DNA from: Minutocellus sp. GHC0000111
Taxonomy: Eukaryota
Length of the DNA stretch: 64,000 nt
Direction of reading: 5' to 3'
Assembly (NCBI GenBank): GCA_977018835.1
Contig: OZ361260.1
Span: 1,550,001-1,614,000, forward strand
The translations under genes and the position numbers were made by a program. Below, piece after piece: positions 35,106 through 47,674 of this stretch (position 1 is its first letter; every line of letters begins with the position of its first letter). Below the pieces are notes generated by a model. It saw nothing but the letters and a program-made list of their open reading frames with translations. It searched no databases and had not been told where the DNA came from.

Positions 35106-37785
35106 ATGAGATTAACAGGCGCCCTGAGCGCCGTCGGCGCCGCCTTGTGCGCCGCACAGATTGTGAGTTCGGTTGGGTATAATATGCTTTTCGCTGGCAA
35201 TATTGAAAACGAATGCAACGGACGAGACACACGGCTGATGGGAAGCCACTTTTCTTCGTTGAAATGCTGCAGACATAATTGAAGAAAAGGTGGTTGAGCA
35301 GATGCAGTAGGACGATAAACAGCAATAACTGGCGTTGATTGCTATATCAAGTGGTTCTTGGCTACTACATGCACGGCATACTTGTGTGACGTTTGATTCC
35401 GAGCCATGCTGACATATTATGTGCTTGTTTTTGCAATTCAATTCAATCCATTTCATCTCTCCCATCAAACAATCATTCAGGCAACTGCCTTCTCGTTTGG
35501 CAATGTCCGTGCTCCTTTCACCGGACGGACTGCCACCGAGCTTCGAGTTGCTTCCGAAGAGGCCGTCGCCGATGCCGCCGCAGAGCGTGCCAAGGCCGTG
35601 ATGGAGGCCGAGGAAATGATGGCCAACTCGGCAGGACCTGGCATCAAGGACAATAAGCTGATGGATGTCGGTGGTCGGCCGTTCCCCCTTTCCATGATTG
35701 TCGGACAGGACAGTATCAAGCAGGCCCTGCTCCTTTCGGCCGTCAACAATCGTATGGGCGGTGTGGTAATTTCCGGTGGCAAGGGTACGGCCAAGTCCGT
35801 TATGGCCCGTGCTCTGCACCAGCTCCTCCCTCCCATCGAAGTCCTCAAGGACTCGCCCTTCAACATCGATCCCGAGGGCGAGTTTGGCCTGGATGACTTC
35901 ACCAAGACCGACCTTGCCAACGGCGGCGTTCCCCTCAGTGAGCGTGAGACCGAGATCATTGACGCACCCTTCGTCCAGGTTCCTCTCAACGTTATGGAGG
36001 ATCGTCTCATCGGTTCTGCCGACCTCGAGGAGTCCGTCAAGACTGGAAAGACCGTGTTTTCTCCCGGTCTTCTTGCCAAGGCCCATCGTGGTGTCCTCTA
36101 CGTTGATGATATCAACCTCCTCGATGAGGAGACTGCCAACATCCTTCTCAATGTTGTCACCGAGGGCGAGGTCCTTGTCGAGCGTGAGGGTCTTTCCCTC
36201 CGTTACCCCTGCAAGCCCCTCCTCATTGCTACCTTCAATCCCGATGAGGGAGAGCTCCGTGACCATCTCCTCGATTGCATTTCCGTCGCTCTGTCAGCTG
36301 ATGCCCAGCCCCTCGAGCTCGACCAGCGTGTTGAGGCCGTTGAGTCTGTCCTGAACTTCGCCGGTTCCGGAAAGCAGGGAAGCAGCGATGCCGAGACTGC
36401 CCTCGCCGAGGCCATCGAGAACGAGGACGATCTCAAGACCGCCATCGAATTTGCTCGCGAATACATCAAGGACCTCAAGATTGCTCCCTCCCAAGTCCAG
36501 TACCTTTGTGAGGAGGCCATTCGCTCTGGTTGTCAGGGCCACCGTGCCGAGATCTTCGCTTGCGAGGTTGCCCGCGCTGCTGCCGCTCTTGAGGGTCGCC
36601 AGATCACCTCCGACGATCTTCGCCTTGGCGTCAAGCTTGCCATTGCTCCCCGTTGCACCTTCATCAACACCCCCGAGGACATGGACGATGAAATGATGCC
36701 CCCTCCCCCTCCTCCCCCCCCCGCCGCCGCAGATGGACGAGCAGAACGAGGACACCGACCGCGATGAAGAGGATGAGGATGAGCAGGATGACATTGACGA
36801 GCCCGATGAGGATGATGATAGCCCCGACGAAGCTCCCGATGTTCCCCAAGAGTTCATGTTCGATGTTGACTCCACCCCTATTGATCCCGACCTTATTGAA
36901 TTCTCCTCCCGCGAGCGTGCTGGCAAGGGCGGCGGACGTGGTCTCATCTTCTCGCAGGACCGTGGACGGTACATCAAGCCCATGCTCCCCAAGGGCAAGG
37001 TCGTCCGATTGGCAGTCGATGCCACCCTTCGCGCCTCCGCTCCGTACCAGAAGTCGCGCCGGGAACGTGCTATTGGTACCAAGAATGAGGCCCGGGGAGT
37101 CCACATTGAGCAGGGAGACGTCCGTATTAAGAAGATGGCCCGAAAGGCTGGCTCTCTCATTATTTTCGTGTGTGATGCTTCCGGATCGATGGCTCTGAAC
37201 CGTATGAATGCTGCCAAGGGAGCTGCCATGAGTCTCTTGACCGAGGCCTACCAAAGCCGTGATCAGATTTCTCTCATCCCCTTCCAGGGTGATGCTGCTG
37301 AGGTTCTCCTTCCTCCGACAAAGAGTATTGCCATGGCCAAGAAGAGGTTGGAGTCGATGCCCTGCGGTGGAGGATCTCCCCTCGCCGATGCTCTCCAAAA
37401 TGCTATGCTTACTGGATTGAATGCTCAGAAGAGTGGAGATGTTGGCAAGGTTGTTGTTGTACTAATTTCCGATGGTCGAGCAAATGTTCCCCTTTGTGTG
37501 TCGCAGGGTGAGGAGTTCGATCCTGAGGCCGATGAGGATTCCAAGGACGGAAAGCCCAGCCGAAAATACTTGAAGGAGGAGGTTCTAGCCTGTGCTAAGC
37601 AAATGGCGGCCCTTCCCGGCTTTAACCTCCTTTCCATCGATACTGAGAACAAGTTTATCTCAACTGGAGTAGCTAAGGAGATTGCCAGTGCCGCAATGGG
37701 TAACTACCACCAGATCTCCAAGGCCGATGGAAATGCTATTGCAAGTGTAACGAATCAGGCTCTCAATGCCATCAAGAATGAATAA
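35106..37785 (+). pseudogene. chlD: Magnesium chelatase subunit D (intron 35163-35480), frameshifted in the poly-Pro C-run at about 36714-36722
   Basis: FPLSMIVGQDSIKQALLL, Walker A GGKGTAKS, GLLAKAHRGVLYVDDINLLD, Pro/acidic linker and vWA MIDAS DASGSM; bipartite leader ...AQI/ATAF. The AAA+ and vWA halves are in different frames. Confidence 0.92.
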
Positions 37786-38548
37786 ATAAGATAAGCACTA
37801 TATACCTTCTGTACAAGCTAGATAGATCATCACTTCTAGAAAAATATACCTTGCCTATTCTAAGATCCCGTGGCTAGTTCCAGAAAATTGAGTCGTTGAG
37901 TCTCTCGTCAATCAAAATGGGTTATGTATCCAGGCATTTGCCTCTTTTTGCGCTGACGTTTTGCACTGGGCTGTTCGTTATCGACGTCAGCATGTTTACT
38001 AGAACGCTTTTTTTCGGCAGCTTCCATGTCTTCAATTGTTCCGTGTTCACCGACATCTGTGTAGAGTCTTATCATCCTCAACAAGTCCTGTTTAGTGGGA
38101 GTCACCAGAGGAGGTATGGGCAGACATATTGAAGCTGGAGGAGACCAACACTGCGAGTCTTCTGAGGGTTGCCGAGGCGGCCAATTCTTGTCAGGACTAT
38201 GCTGTGCTAGCCTTCCTCAATCCTTTTCACGTAAGTGCAATGATTATTTGCAGGTGATATTGCTAGTGCCTATACTTTATTGGGCTGGTTCTTGTCTGAC
38301 TATTGTTATCTTATTTCAATTATTGCCGCGCCCACTTCACCTACACATTTTCATCAATAACCCTCTCAACAAAGATGGAACAAGTAGACGCCGAGGACAA
38401 GATAAGCACTATACTGGCTAAGGTGAAGGGTGAGAACAAGACGCCAGGTCTTTTGAGGCAGCTAGATCACGAGCTTGGACAGGAGAAAGGTACAGCGTAA
38501 ATAGCAAAGTGACAATTCAGAAATTTAAAAGAATATATTTTCACTTCT

Positions 38549-39240
38549 TTAGCTTACATGTACTGCATTATTGCATCTCGTCGATGTTTCTGGGAAACAT
38601 CTACATTTGCTCTTCATCCATTTTAAGTGCCAATTTACAATCTCGACTGCATTAGTTCCAATCGTCCCTGTGTATCCCAACATTGGCAGTATCGAAAAGG
38701 CTGCGCAAAAGGAAGTGGAAGAAAATGTCAAAATAGACAAAAGTTTGTTGAGATGAAAGGCGAAATAAGCACCAACAGCAAATCAATTTCAATCATTACT
38801 TCGTCCCATACTCTAACTCACGTTCTTCCAATTGAATACTCAATTCCTCAATACCAAAAAGAAATACCGACAAAATGGCAGCACAGGGAATCATGGCGGC
38901 GTGGTTGAGAGTAGAGGCGAAGGGCTCGTAAAGTGCAAAAGGAAGGAGCGTGATCCAAGCTGTGAGGTACCGTGCCGTATGCTTCGTGTAAAATAGAGGA
39001 ACAGGCGATGAAAACAAACGTTCTGAACCACCGAGTTGATCTCCGAGCGTCACAATGCTCTTATCGATCTCATTTCTCCTCAAGGCATGCATAGGTAAAT
39101 CATTGACCGCATTTGCCAGGTCAAACAAGGCACGGTTTGGTCTGTGAGCCGATGCGATGAGAGCATCGGCGTGGGCTGGTTCAAGATTCTCTCGGAGGTC
39201 GGCAACATAATCTGCCTCGGAGATAAAGGGACAAGGAGGA
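38549..39240 (-). pseudogene. C-terminal fragment of a bestrophin-like (UPF0187/VCCN-type) channel; intron 38701-38821
   Basis: HRPNRAL, GGSERLFSSPVPLFYTKHTARYL.AW...LPFAL and LFGIEELSIQLEE/PFSILP across a GT-AG intron; no N-terminal bestrophin half is visible upstream. Confidence 0.75.
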
Positions 39241-39561
39241 AAAATGACCACACAGCCATTGCCTCCTGAGGAGCCCCGGATATATTCCTGGTACCGCGTA
39301 GCGACGTCATCTTCGTGGCGGCAAGTTGAGGCGATGCCGACGGCTGCTGCCGCACTGCTGCCGGCCGCCGCGCTGCTGCCCCGCTGTGCGCGCGCGGCCG
39401 TGCGGTCAGTGCTCTCCTCGTCCGTATGTAGGCTACGTACGTCGCGCTCTTGCAATCCAGCCTCATTTTTTTCTTCCTCGCCGAAGAACATGGCCATCAG
39501 TCAAGAGATAAAAGCGTCGACTCGAGGGGCTGCGTGTATCGGCAGGCACCATACAATTTAT

Positions 39562-40391
39562 ATGAAAAGGTCACTGATATTATCCCTCCTTTCGATTAGC
39601 ACCTTCTTTCATTATTCGCATGCCTTCTCTACGCCATATCTCTCACTGCGTGGAATCGGCGTGTCATCAAAAGAAAAAAAAGAATGTGCTCACCAGACGG
39701 CGAAGCTCAAGTAGCAGCGAGAACAACAGTCACGACGGAGGATTGAGCGCAGTAGAGGCAAAGAGAGTTCAAAGATTTACTACCGGCTACGATAAATTAT
39801 GTAAAACATGTCCCACTCTACTCCAACCGCGCGTGGATACACTCACAGAGATGATTTTAGGCTTGACGAAGGACGAGAGAAAGGAGTTGATGGCTAATGT
39901 GGTCAGGCGTCTTGCAAATGAAGCAACAGCTACACACGCTAGAATCCAAACATCGCAAGATATCTACCAACTTTCAAACAGATGGTGTGACCCCATGCAC
40001 TGATAGTAAAGCGAATAAGAAGGATGTACTTGTGGCCGTACAACCAAATAATTCGAGCAATGAAAAGTTAATACGAAAATTGGAAAAGACAAAGGCAAAG
40101 TTCGAGTACAACAGAAGGAAGGCTGCCAAAGCGCGACGTCTACTCGCATGTTGCAATGCTCTGCTCGCTCGCGATTTGCTTGCAAATGAGCCAACAATAT
40201 ACAATCTACCGAATCCTCTCGATAATGATATTTATTACGACATTGACGAGCTCAAGACAATGAGCCGGCAAGATCTCAAGCTAGAAAGGCTAAAGCTTCA
40301 GTCGCAAAAGGCGAAATTTGAAAGCAAAGTAGCAAAAGGAAGATTGAAGCTGTACGGTGCAAGCCGGGCTCTCGTTATGACTACTACGTAA
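39562..40391 (+). pseudogene. Hypothetical plastid-targeted coiled-coil protein split over three frames
   Basis: Signal peptide MKRSLILSLLSISTFFHYSHAF. The coherent reading switches frame at the A-run about 39670-39681 and again at about 39968. Confidence 0.5.
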
Positions 40392-40648
40392 TGTCTGGAG
40401 TCTCGTCTATTGTGTCAATGACATATATATTATACATACTGCATCGGACAAAGCTAAGAAGCTTTAATTCTACGTAGTAGGTGTGGTTTTGTCGCATAGT
40501 CGAATTATTACGTATGTATAGGAATTAGAGAGATACCACCTTCGGCAGATCCTCATTTCAATTAAAGATAGATGATGCTCGCACCGGTAAAATTGCACAC
40601 TGCGTCATATTTTTCATTGCCTTCGGCTTCTTTTCCTCGTCATCGTCG

Positions 40649-43600
40649 TTATTTATCAAAATTGTGCGAGAAATCCATTTCGGGTGGACATTCACGCTTG
40701 CTGCGTCTGGGAGGGGTCCAACCAAACTCCTTTTTAGCAATATCTTCGCACTCCTTTGAGCAGTGAATGTACGCATACTTCTTGATGGAGTCGTACCCGA
40801 GCTTCTCCAGACGCTCACAACGGCCAAGGAGACGAACATCCTTCTTGGGGAGACAGTCCACGCAGAAAGAGCTGGAACAAGTTTGGCATGGAAAGAGAAT
40901 GCCGCTGGCACCGGACCAAGTTTTGCCACAGCCAGTGCAGTGATGGTGGGAGCAGCAGGCAAAGTATTTGGGGTCATTGCCGACGCCAGAGCAATGGAGA
41001 TGCAGCGAGATAGGACATTTAGGACAACGGAGCATGTTGGGACCACTTCCACTTTCGCCGCAAGCCTGGCAAAAATCTTGATGGGCATAGTCCTGGACAG
41101 CCTTCTTACGACCGGTGCTGGCCGCGATCTTCTTGCCCTTGAGTTCCTTGTCGAAGACGGAACTCTCGCCGCTCTCCAACTCGTAGTTGTTGGAGGCAAG
41201 AACTGGGACGTAGGCCGAACCATATCCAGATCCATTGCCTTTCACCATGACCAATCGGCTCTTACGGTCTCGCTTCTCCGTGCTCTGGCCATTGGCCTTA
41301 GCCCAATGCACCGCCACATCTCGGATGCTGCTGGGAATGTTGCTGCCCTCCTCCTTCTTTTGCTTCTCACGGAGGCTACGGAAGTCAACGCCCCCAAAAG
41401 TCTGGGTGTCCTTTAGACCGAATTCGGCGTCAAAATTGTCCGTAGTTTGGACTGAACTCTTGAGCTTACCCACCGAGTCATTCTCGGTACGCTTGCGATC
41501 GGTAATAATGTTAATGTCCTCGTTGGTCGGCAGCAGGTTCTGGGAGGTGTCGCCAAAAACAGCATTGCAGCCGAACTGAATGGACTTGAGCAGCTCCGAT
41601 CCAGACATGCCCTTGTCCTTCTCCTCCGAGTCAGACGATCCGCGATTGACCATCTTGTCCAGGTAGAGCTTCTTCTGGGCTCTCTCAACAATTCTTTCTT
41701 CAATGGTGCCACCGGAAACAAGACGGTAGACGTGGACGGTCTTCTTCTGGCCGATGCGATGGACACGAGCCATTGCTTGAAGGTCTGGCTGGGGGTTCCA
41801 GTCACTGTCGAACAAGATGCAGGTATCGGCAGTCTGCAGGTTGAGACCCATGCCTCCACTACGCGTGCTCATCAAAAACACAAACTGGTCCGAATCGGGA
41901 GCGTTGAACTGGTTGATGATGAAGTTTCTCCGGGCGCGGGGCGTCGATCCATCGAATCTGCAATACTTCCAACCACGCATTCTGCAATAATCATCCAAAA
42001 TATCAAGGACGCTAGTAAATTGGGAGAACAAGACGGTGCGATGGCCCTTCTGGAAGAGACTGCGGAGAAGCTTGTCGAGCGTCGCTAGCTTGCCACTTGC
42101 GGCGATAAGATCCTGCAGCGTGGTTGCCTCAATATCGAGCTCGGCACCATCAAAGAGGAAGGGGTGAAGACAGCACTTCCGCAGCTGCATCATGAGATTG
42201 TTGAGCTGCGACGTGGCAGCAGCTGGCGCGGCCTGCTTCTCCTGGCCATTGCCAGCCTCCTGGGCCTCGACCTTGTCGGTCATCCTGGCCAATAAACTTA
42301 GATCCTTCATCAAGATGGCCTTGTACCAAAAGATTTGAGTCTGGCTAAGCGGACAAATGACCTGGGTTTCGATCTTGGGAGGCATGAGCTTCTCGACCTC
42401 GTCCTTCATGCGACGAATCATGAACAAATCCAAAAGCGCGTGGGCCTCAACGAGCTTCTCCTTGTCGACAGAGTTGTGCACAATGTCAAAGGCATCGGCA
42501 AAAGGTTGAGTTGTGGTGAAAATGTCGGGATACAGAAAATTCAGTAGCGACCACAACTCCACAAGATTGTTCTGAAGCGGCGTTCCAGTCAAAATGAGCT
42601 TGTTCTCACAATGGATGTGGCGCACACCCTGACTGATGAGCGACTCGGCATTCTTGATCTTATGTCCCTCGTCGAGAACCAGATAGTTGAAATGCATTCT
42701 CGACCAAAGACTAGCGAGACTAGGGACCTTGGCCATCTCATAAGTCGTGACGACCACGTCGTAGGAGGTGGCCTTTTCGGTGAAGGCCTTCTTCTGCCTC
42801 TCCCGCTCATCAAGACATGAGGAGTGAAGGCGCAGATACTTGAGGTCGGGCGCCCACTTTTCCAGCTCGGAGCACCATGAGTAAAGCACCGATAGCGGGC
42901 AAATTACGAGGGACGGACCAGTCACCTTCTCGTGTTCCTTGATATGCGCGAGGAGGGAGATAGTCTGCAGTGTCTTTCCAAGTCTGCGGGTGAAAAATAA
43001 TGGGGCAGAGATAAAATTATTGATGAGTAAGCCGATTATGTCGCATCAAATGGGACAGTACAATGCAATCGAATAACATAAAACAACTCACCCCATCTCA
43101 TCGCCGAGGATCATGCCCGCATTCATGGCATGCATCTTGGCCATCCAATTCAGACCAATCATTTGGTAGTCCCGGAGCTCGCCCTTGATCATGTCGGGCT
43201 GCATGGACATGTCCTTCCCCGTATCCTTGACGGCTGGCGTAACGGCAAGGTGCTCGTTGGTCTTGGAATCAACAAATGGCTCAATGATCTTGGCATTCTT
43301 GGCCAGATATCCCATCCGAGCCTTGGCCTTGGATGCGACGCGGCCCTTCACAATCTCATTGTGCTTGGCACGCTCCTGCTCGGCCTTGCTGGGTGCCCTA
43401 GGCTTGCGGGGCGGCTTCTTGGCCGCGGCCTTCTTGGTCTGGTTGTTGGGCTTGGGAAGACGGGCCAGGGCACCGCCATCGGTGGCCGTACCGTTGGCAT
43501 CAAAGGCTCCGTGGACGTACTCTCCGCCCTTGACGACGTAGTTGTTGTCGCGCTTGACGGCATATCCGTCCACATAGATGAGAGTGCTCTTCTTCTCCCG

Positions 43601-43990
43601 CGAAGAGCGACGGTTGGCTTGCAGAGGAGGAGTATCGGCGGTAAGGTCAATGGCACCCGCGGCAGCTGCGGCGGCGGCAGCGGCAGCGGCGGCGGCGGCA
43701 GTGGCCGGAATTTCATCATCGTTGCCCGTCAAATCAATAGCCGCAGGAGTCGATGCGAGACTGCTCAGGTCCGTAGCAGCAGTGGGAGTCGGGGAGGCCC
43801 GAGGCTTGCCAGTAGTAGTATCGGCAAATACCGACGTAAGGGCCGAGGCAGCGCCAGACAAGACCGAACCAACCGACTGCTTGAGGCGCTTAGCCGCGCT
43901 GTCGTTCGAGGGGGTGTCCAGCTGCTCAATGTGAGACTCCTCCTCTGCCTTGAGGGCGGCAAAGGCACGCTTCTCTTCACTGGTGTCCAT
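40649..43990 (-). CDS. SNF2-family chromatin-remodelling ATPase with C-terminal PHD-like zinc fingers; intron 42984-43091
   Basis: LRDYQMIGLNW, ILGDEMG/LGKTLQTI across the intron, LDEGHKIKN, LTGTPLQNN, STRSGGMGLNL and QAMARVHRIGQ; Cys-rich tail CQAC...CPKC...H..C. Confidence 0.92.
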
Positions 43991-44440
43991 GGTTGCGTTT
44001 GTGCTTGATTTTGGTCGGAAGAAAGCTGGACGGTCGGAAGATGGGATCGGATGGGCACGAACGCGAGTCGAGTCAGAGGCGTTACGTAAATCGATGGTAT
44101 GAGCGGTATCGACAGCGAATCCGAGAATGAACTCTGACAATCGAGCAAATAAATGGATGGATAGACAACGTCACGCTCTCTTCGACAACGCCGATGGTTC
44201 CGCTCGGAAGACAAGTCGAAGAGTGAGGTGGTTGGGGTGGCGGGCGTGTGGCGGTTCCGCCACACGCCGTGGAAATTTTGCGCGCCGGCCGCGCCACATC
44301 CCGCCAACGCAAACTTTCGAACTTTTCGCTGTCGTTACTAAGCAGTTACGAGTTCGTTCATGTACCTCATTCTTCGAGCAGCAGAGCTGACTGACCTGAC
44401 CTTGCTTCCCAATCACTGTAGCAGTTACCCATTCTCCTTC

Positions 44441-45613
44441 ATGGTCCTCCTTGCCGCTCTCCCCCGCGCTGGCGCTCGCGTTACCACTCGTATCCGCTCC
44501 GTCTCACGCACCAAAAGTACAAGTAGCGATGCGATCGTCGACCTAAGAAGCGACACGGTCACGAAACCAACCAGAGAGATGCTCGAGTGCGCCCTCTCGG
44601 CACCGATCGGTGACGATGTGATGGGGGAGGATCCGACCGTAACGGAGCTTGAGGAGTATGCAGCCGACGTGTTTGGAAAGGAGAACGGGCTCTTTGTTCC
44701 CACAGGAACGATGAGCAATCTCTGTGCAATCCTTAGTCACTGCCATCAACGTGCATCGGAAATTATTATCGGAAGTTCCTCGCACATCAATCTGTATGAA
44801 GGTGGCAATGCGGCCAATCTGGGTGGCGTCCATACCAAGCAAATTCATGAGGATCCAGTAAGCGCCACCTTGGACATGGACGAGGTCCCATCGGCATATC
44901 GACACGACAATGACGATCACTACGCCAAGACGGCATTGGTTTGTTTGGAGAATACACACAACATATTGGGCGGGGTGGCGCTGCCTAAGGACTACATTGA
45001 TGAAATGGGAAGGTTGGCCAACAATGAGCTGGGCGTTCCTCTTCATATTGATGGTGCCCGTATAATGAATGCAGCCATTTCGCTCGATACTTCGCCATCT
45101 GAGCTATGTGCAGGTGCCGACTCCATCAGTATCTGCCTATCCAAGGGTCTGGGTGCACCCCTCGGGTCTGTGCTGGTTGGTGAATCAGAATTCATCCGTC
45201 TCGCCCGCAGAGCGCGAAAGAGGTGTGGTGGCGGTATGAGACAGGCTGGCGTCGTGGCATCCATGGGTCTATATGCGCTACAGAATAACGTTCAGCGATT
45301 GGCGGAGGATCACATCCGGGCAAAGAGGTTGGCCCACGCCCTGGGGGCAATGGGCTTTATACTGCCTCGAGATGGACAGGTTGATACGAACCTTGTCTTC
45401 TTCGCCTTGCCGGAAGATGCAGACCTATCAGTAAATGAATTATGCGAGCGTCTTGATCGAGAATATGGAGTAAAAATAGGTGGGGGTTACAGCCGACCAG
45501 GCGAGAGAAATATGAACTACATTCGAGCTGCTACAAACATGGGTGTTGATGATGACGGCATTGAGAGAACCTTGGAGGGAATTGAACGCATTCTCTCTGG
45601 TGGTGGAAGATGA
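44441..45613 (+). CDS. ltaE: Low-specificity L-threonine aldolase
   Basis: VDLRSDTVTKPT, GDDVMGEDPTV, LENTHN, LHIDGARI, PLP lysine in CLSKGLGAP, and GGGMRQAG. Confidence 0.93.
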   Translation: MVLLAALPRAGARVTTRIRSVSRTKSTSSDAIVDLRSDTVTKPTREMLECALSAPIGDDVMGEDPTVTELEEYAADVFGKENGLFVPTGTMSNLCAILSHCHQRASEIIIGSSSHINLYEGGNAANLGGVHTKQIHEDPVSATLDMDEVPSAYRHDNDDHYAKTALVCLENTHNILGGVALPKDYIDEMGRLANNELGVPLHIDGARIMNAAISLDTSPSELCAGADSISICLSKGLGAPLGSVLVGESEFIRLARRARKRCGGGMRQAGVVASMGLYALQNNVQRLAEDHIRAKRLAHALGAMGFILPRDGQVDTNLVFFALPEDADLSVNELCERLDREYGVKIGGGYSRPGERNMNYIRAATNMGVDDDGIERTLEGIERILSGGGR

Positions 45614-45701
45614 AGGCGGCACGTCTAGCTACTACCACTCGGCCCTTCGCACGATCGTATCTTTTTAATAATTGCATGTTACTTTATTCGAAATAAAGTA
45701 G

Positions 45702-47483
45702 TTATTTTGGCCTTCCTAGGACAACATCGACCGTTCGGTTGCCGAGAATATCTTTGGGGTCATTCTCCCTTCTCTCAGCCTTAAATTTGTCGACAGGATA
45801 CCGCGCTCTATAGAATTCCTGAAGATCCTTAAGCTGCTGCACATCCTGTGGGACCTCCAGCTTTGCCCAGTGGCTAGCAGCGCTGACCTTGCCACCGATC
45901 TTTCTCAATAATTCGCAATACCTTCGCTTGAATTCAGTTGTGATCTCGTTCCTCTGCTTCGCATCGTCTGAGGGGAGGTACATAATAATTCCCACCCAAC
46001 TGTGAAGGCCACCTAGTTCGCCGTGGGCTGGACTCATTAGAGACGACGAGGATGCCGACCAACGCTGTTCGATGGGAGCAGGAGCAGCAATATCCTCATC
46101 TTCAATAGCCTGGAGTAGCTCTTCGAGAAGCTTCATGTCGTTGCCGTTGTTTGTTTCATACGTTCCAGTGGGGAAACAAACCTCCCACACCCACTGTTGT
46201 CCTCCGCAATCGAATTGAAGTAATTGATCGCTGGGCTTTGTTTGCCATCCCTCACTGCGTCGCCAGAATTCAGCCTCCGCCTTATTGACTCGCTTCACAT
46301 TATCTTCGTCCAGGGGCGAAAACGACAAAAGCGCATCTCTTAGCTCGCCAAATCCCATTCCCATTATGGTCTCCGGGGTGTACGCTTCGTGGTTGTTGCC
46401 GGCCAAGTCAATTAGCAAATCTGTGAGAGGGCGGAATCTCTCCTCTTCCGTGAGGTTAGATGAATTTTCCTTCATCTCGGCTTCCTTTGGGACTTGATAT
46501 TCGGGATCATTCGTCACAACGACAACGGCATCCTCATAAGGGATCCACATGTAACGCATGTGCTTGTGCTTCTTGAGCAGCGTATCACGCTGCTTTCTTG
46601 CTTCAGCACGGCTTAGCACAAAGGTATGCTCGACAAGATTGTGGGCGGGGATACAGCGCATTGTTACCTCGCTAACGACACCCAAACATCCCAAACCGAC
46701 CTTGGCCATTTGGAATCGTTCGCCATCTTTCGGGCTGAGCGTAATTGTACCGTGAGCTGGAGTCACCATCTTGAGAGACGTTACAAAGTCATCGACCGGA
46801 GTGATCTTTGCTCCAGTACCGTGAGCACCGACAGAAATGAAACCTCCCATCTGCTGCTCGGCAATACTGGCCAAGTTGGGCAGCGTCAGACCATGCTTGC
46901 GAAGCTCATCCACCACTTGACCAACTCTTGCACCGGCCTGAACTGTCACGGTCATCTTCTTCTCATCCACGTGAATAATCTCATCCAAATTCACCAGGTT
47001 GACCATGCCGGTGGATCGGAATCCAACTCCATTGGGGCTGAGCGCCGATCCAATAGGCCGAAGCGGCGTGCCAGTCTCGTGGCACTTCTTCACCAACGCC
47101 TCCAGCTCTTCCATTGACTCCGGTTCGTGATAGGATGACACCGGCAGATCTACTTGGTGCGTCCCACTCCAATTGAGAATCGTGTGCATTTCGTTCTCAT
47201 CCTCTTGCTCATCGAGGCCTATGGCTTTGCTCTCGTCGAGATTTGGGACATTGCTCTGCACATATGCTCCCGAGGTTGCTAAGAGGAGTGCAGCAGCCAC
47301 GGCCATTGATGAGAAGGTGGCTGGCAACTCATCGCCCGTAGTGGAAGCGGCAGCGGCGGAGGAGGAGGAGCTGGATGCCCTGACACATGATGCAAATGCC
47401 GGTGACCTCCGAGGAAGACTATGACCAGCAGCCAGCCGGCAGGCCGAGTGCCGAGCTGCGAGCGTTGCGCCGGCTTTGAACAT
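45702..47483 (-). CDS. GLDH: L-galactono-1,4-lactone dehydrogenase (mitochondrial ascorbate synthesis)
   Basis: NWSGTH, RPIGSALSPNG, NLASIAEQQMGGFISVGAHGTG, FDCGGQQWV, APAPIEQRW, SWVGIIMYLP and HWAKLE. Confidence 0.93.
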   Translation of the reverse strand: MFKAGATLAARHSACRLAAGHSLPRRSPAFASCVRASSSSSSAAAASTTGDELPATFSSMAVAAALLLATSGAYVQSNVPNLDESKAIGLDEQEDENEMHTILNWSGTHQVDLPVSSYHEPESMEELEALVKKCHETGTPLRPIGSALSPNGVGFRSTGMVNLVNLDEIIHVDEKKMTVTVQAGARVGQVVDELRKHGLTLPNLASIAEQQMGGFISVGAHGTGAKITPVDDFVTSLKMVTPAHGTITLSPKDGERFQMAKVGLGCLGVVSEVTMRCIPAHNLVEHTFVLSRAEARKQRDTLLKKHKHMRYMWIPYEDAVVVVTNDPEYQVPKEAEMKENSSNLTEEERFRPLTDLLIDLAGNNHEAYTPETIMGMGFGELRDALLSFSPLDEDNVKRVNKAEAEFWRRSEGWQTKPSDQLLQFDCGGQQWVWEVCFPTGTYETNNGNDMKLLEELLQAIEDEDIAAPAPIEQRWSASSSSLMSPAHGELGGLHSWVGIIMYLPSDDAKQRNEITTEFKRRYCELLRKIGGKVSAASHWAKLEVPQDVQQLKDLQEFYRARYPVDKFKAERRENDPKDILGNRTVDVVLGRPK

Positions 47484-47674
47484 GATTGTTGCAACGATAC
47501 CGTTTTATGTGGACCGCCGTGAGGTTTGACATCTCTTGCGCTTTCGCGCTTTCACCATGAGCAAGGCAGAGCAGACTGACGCACAACGCCCACTCCCCAG
47601 CGTTCGGATTAATGATGATCTATCTTCTGAAAAAAATCTTTCACAGCATCTTCTTCTGCAATCAGCCAAGAGAA

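Noticed and set aside
35112..37398. Minus-strand ORFs (384, 311 and 244 aa) opposite chlD
   Set aside because: Antisense shadows; the plus strand carries all Mg-chelatase motifs.
37896..38500. Short ORFs between chlD and bestrophin
   Set aside because: Short, no motifs and no consistent splice structure.
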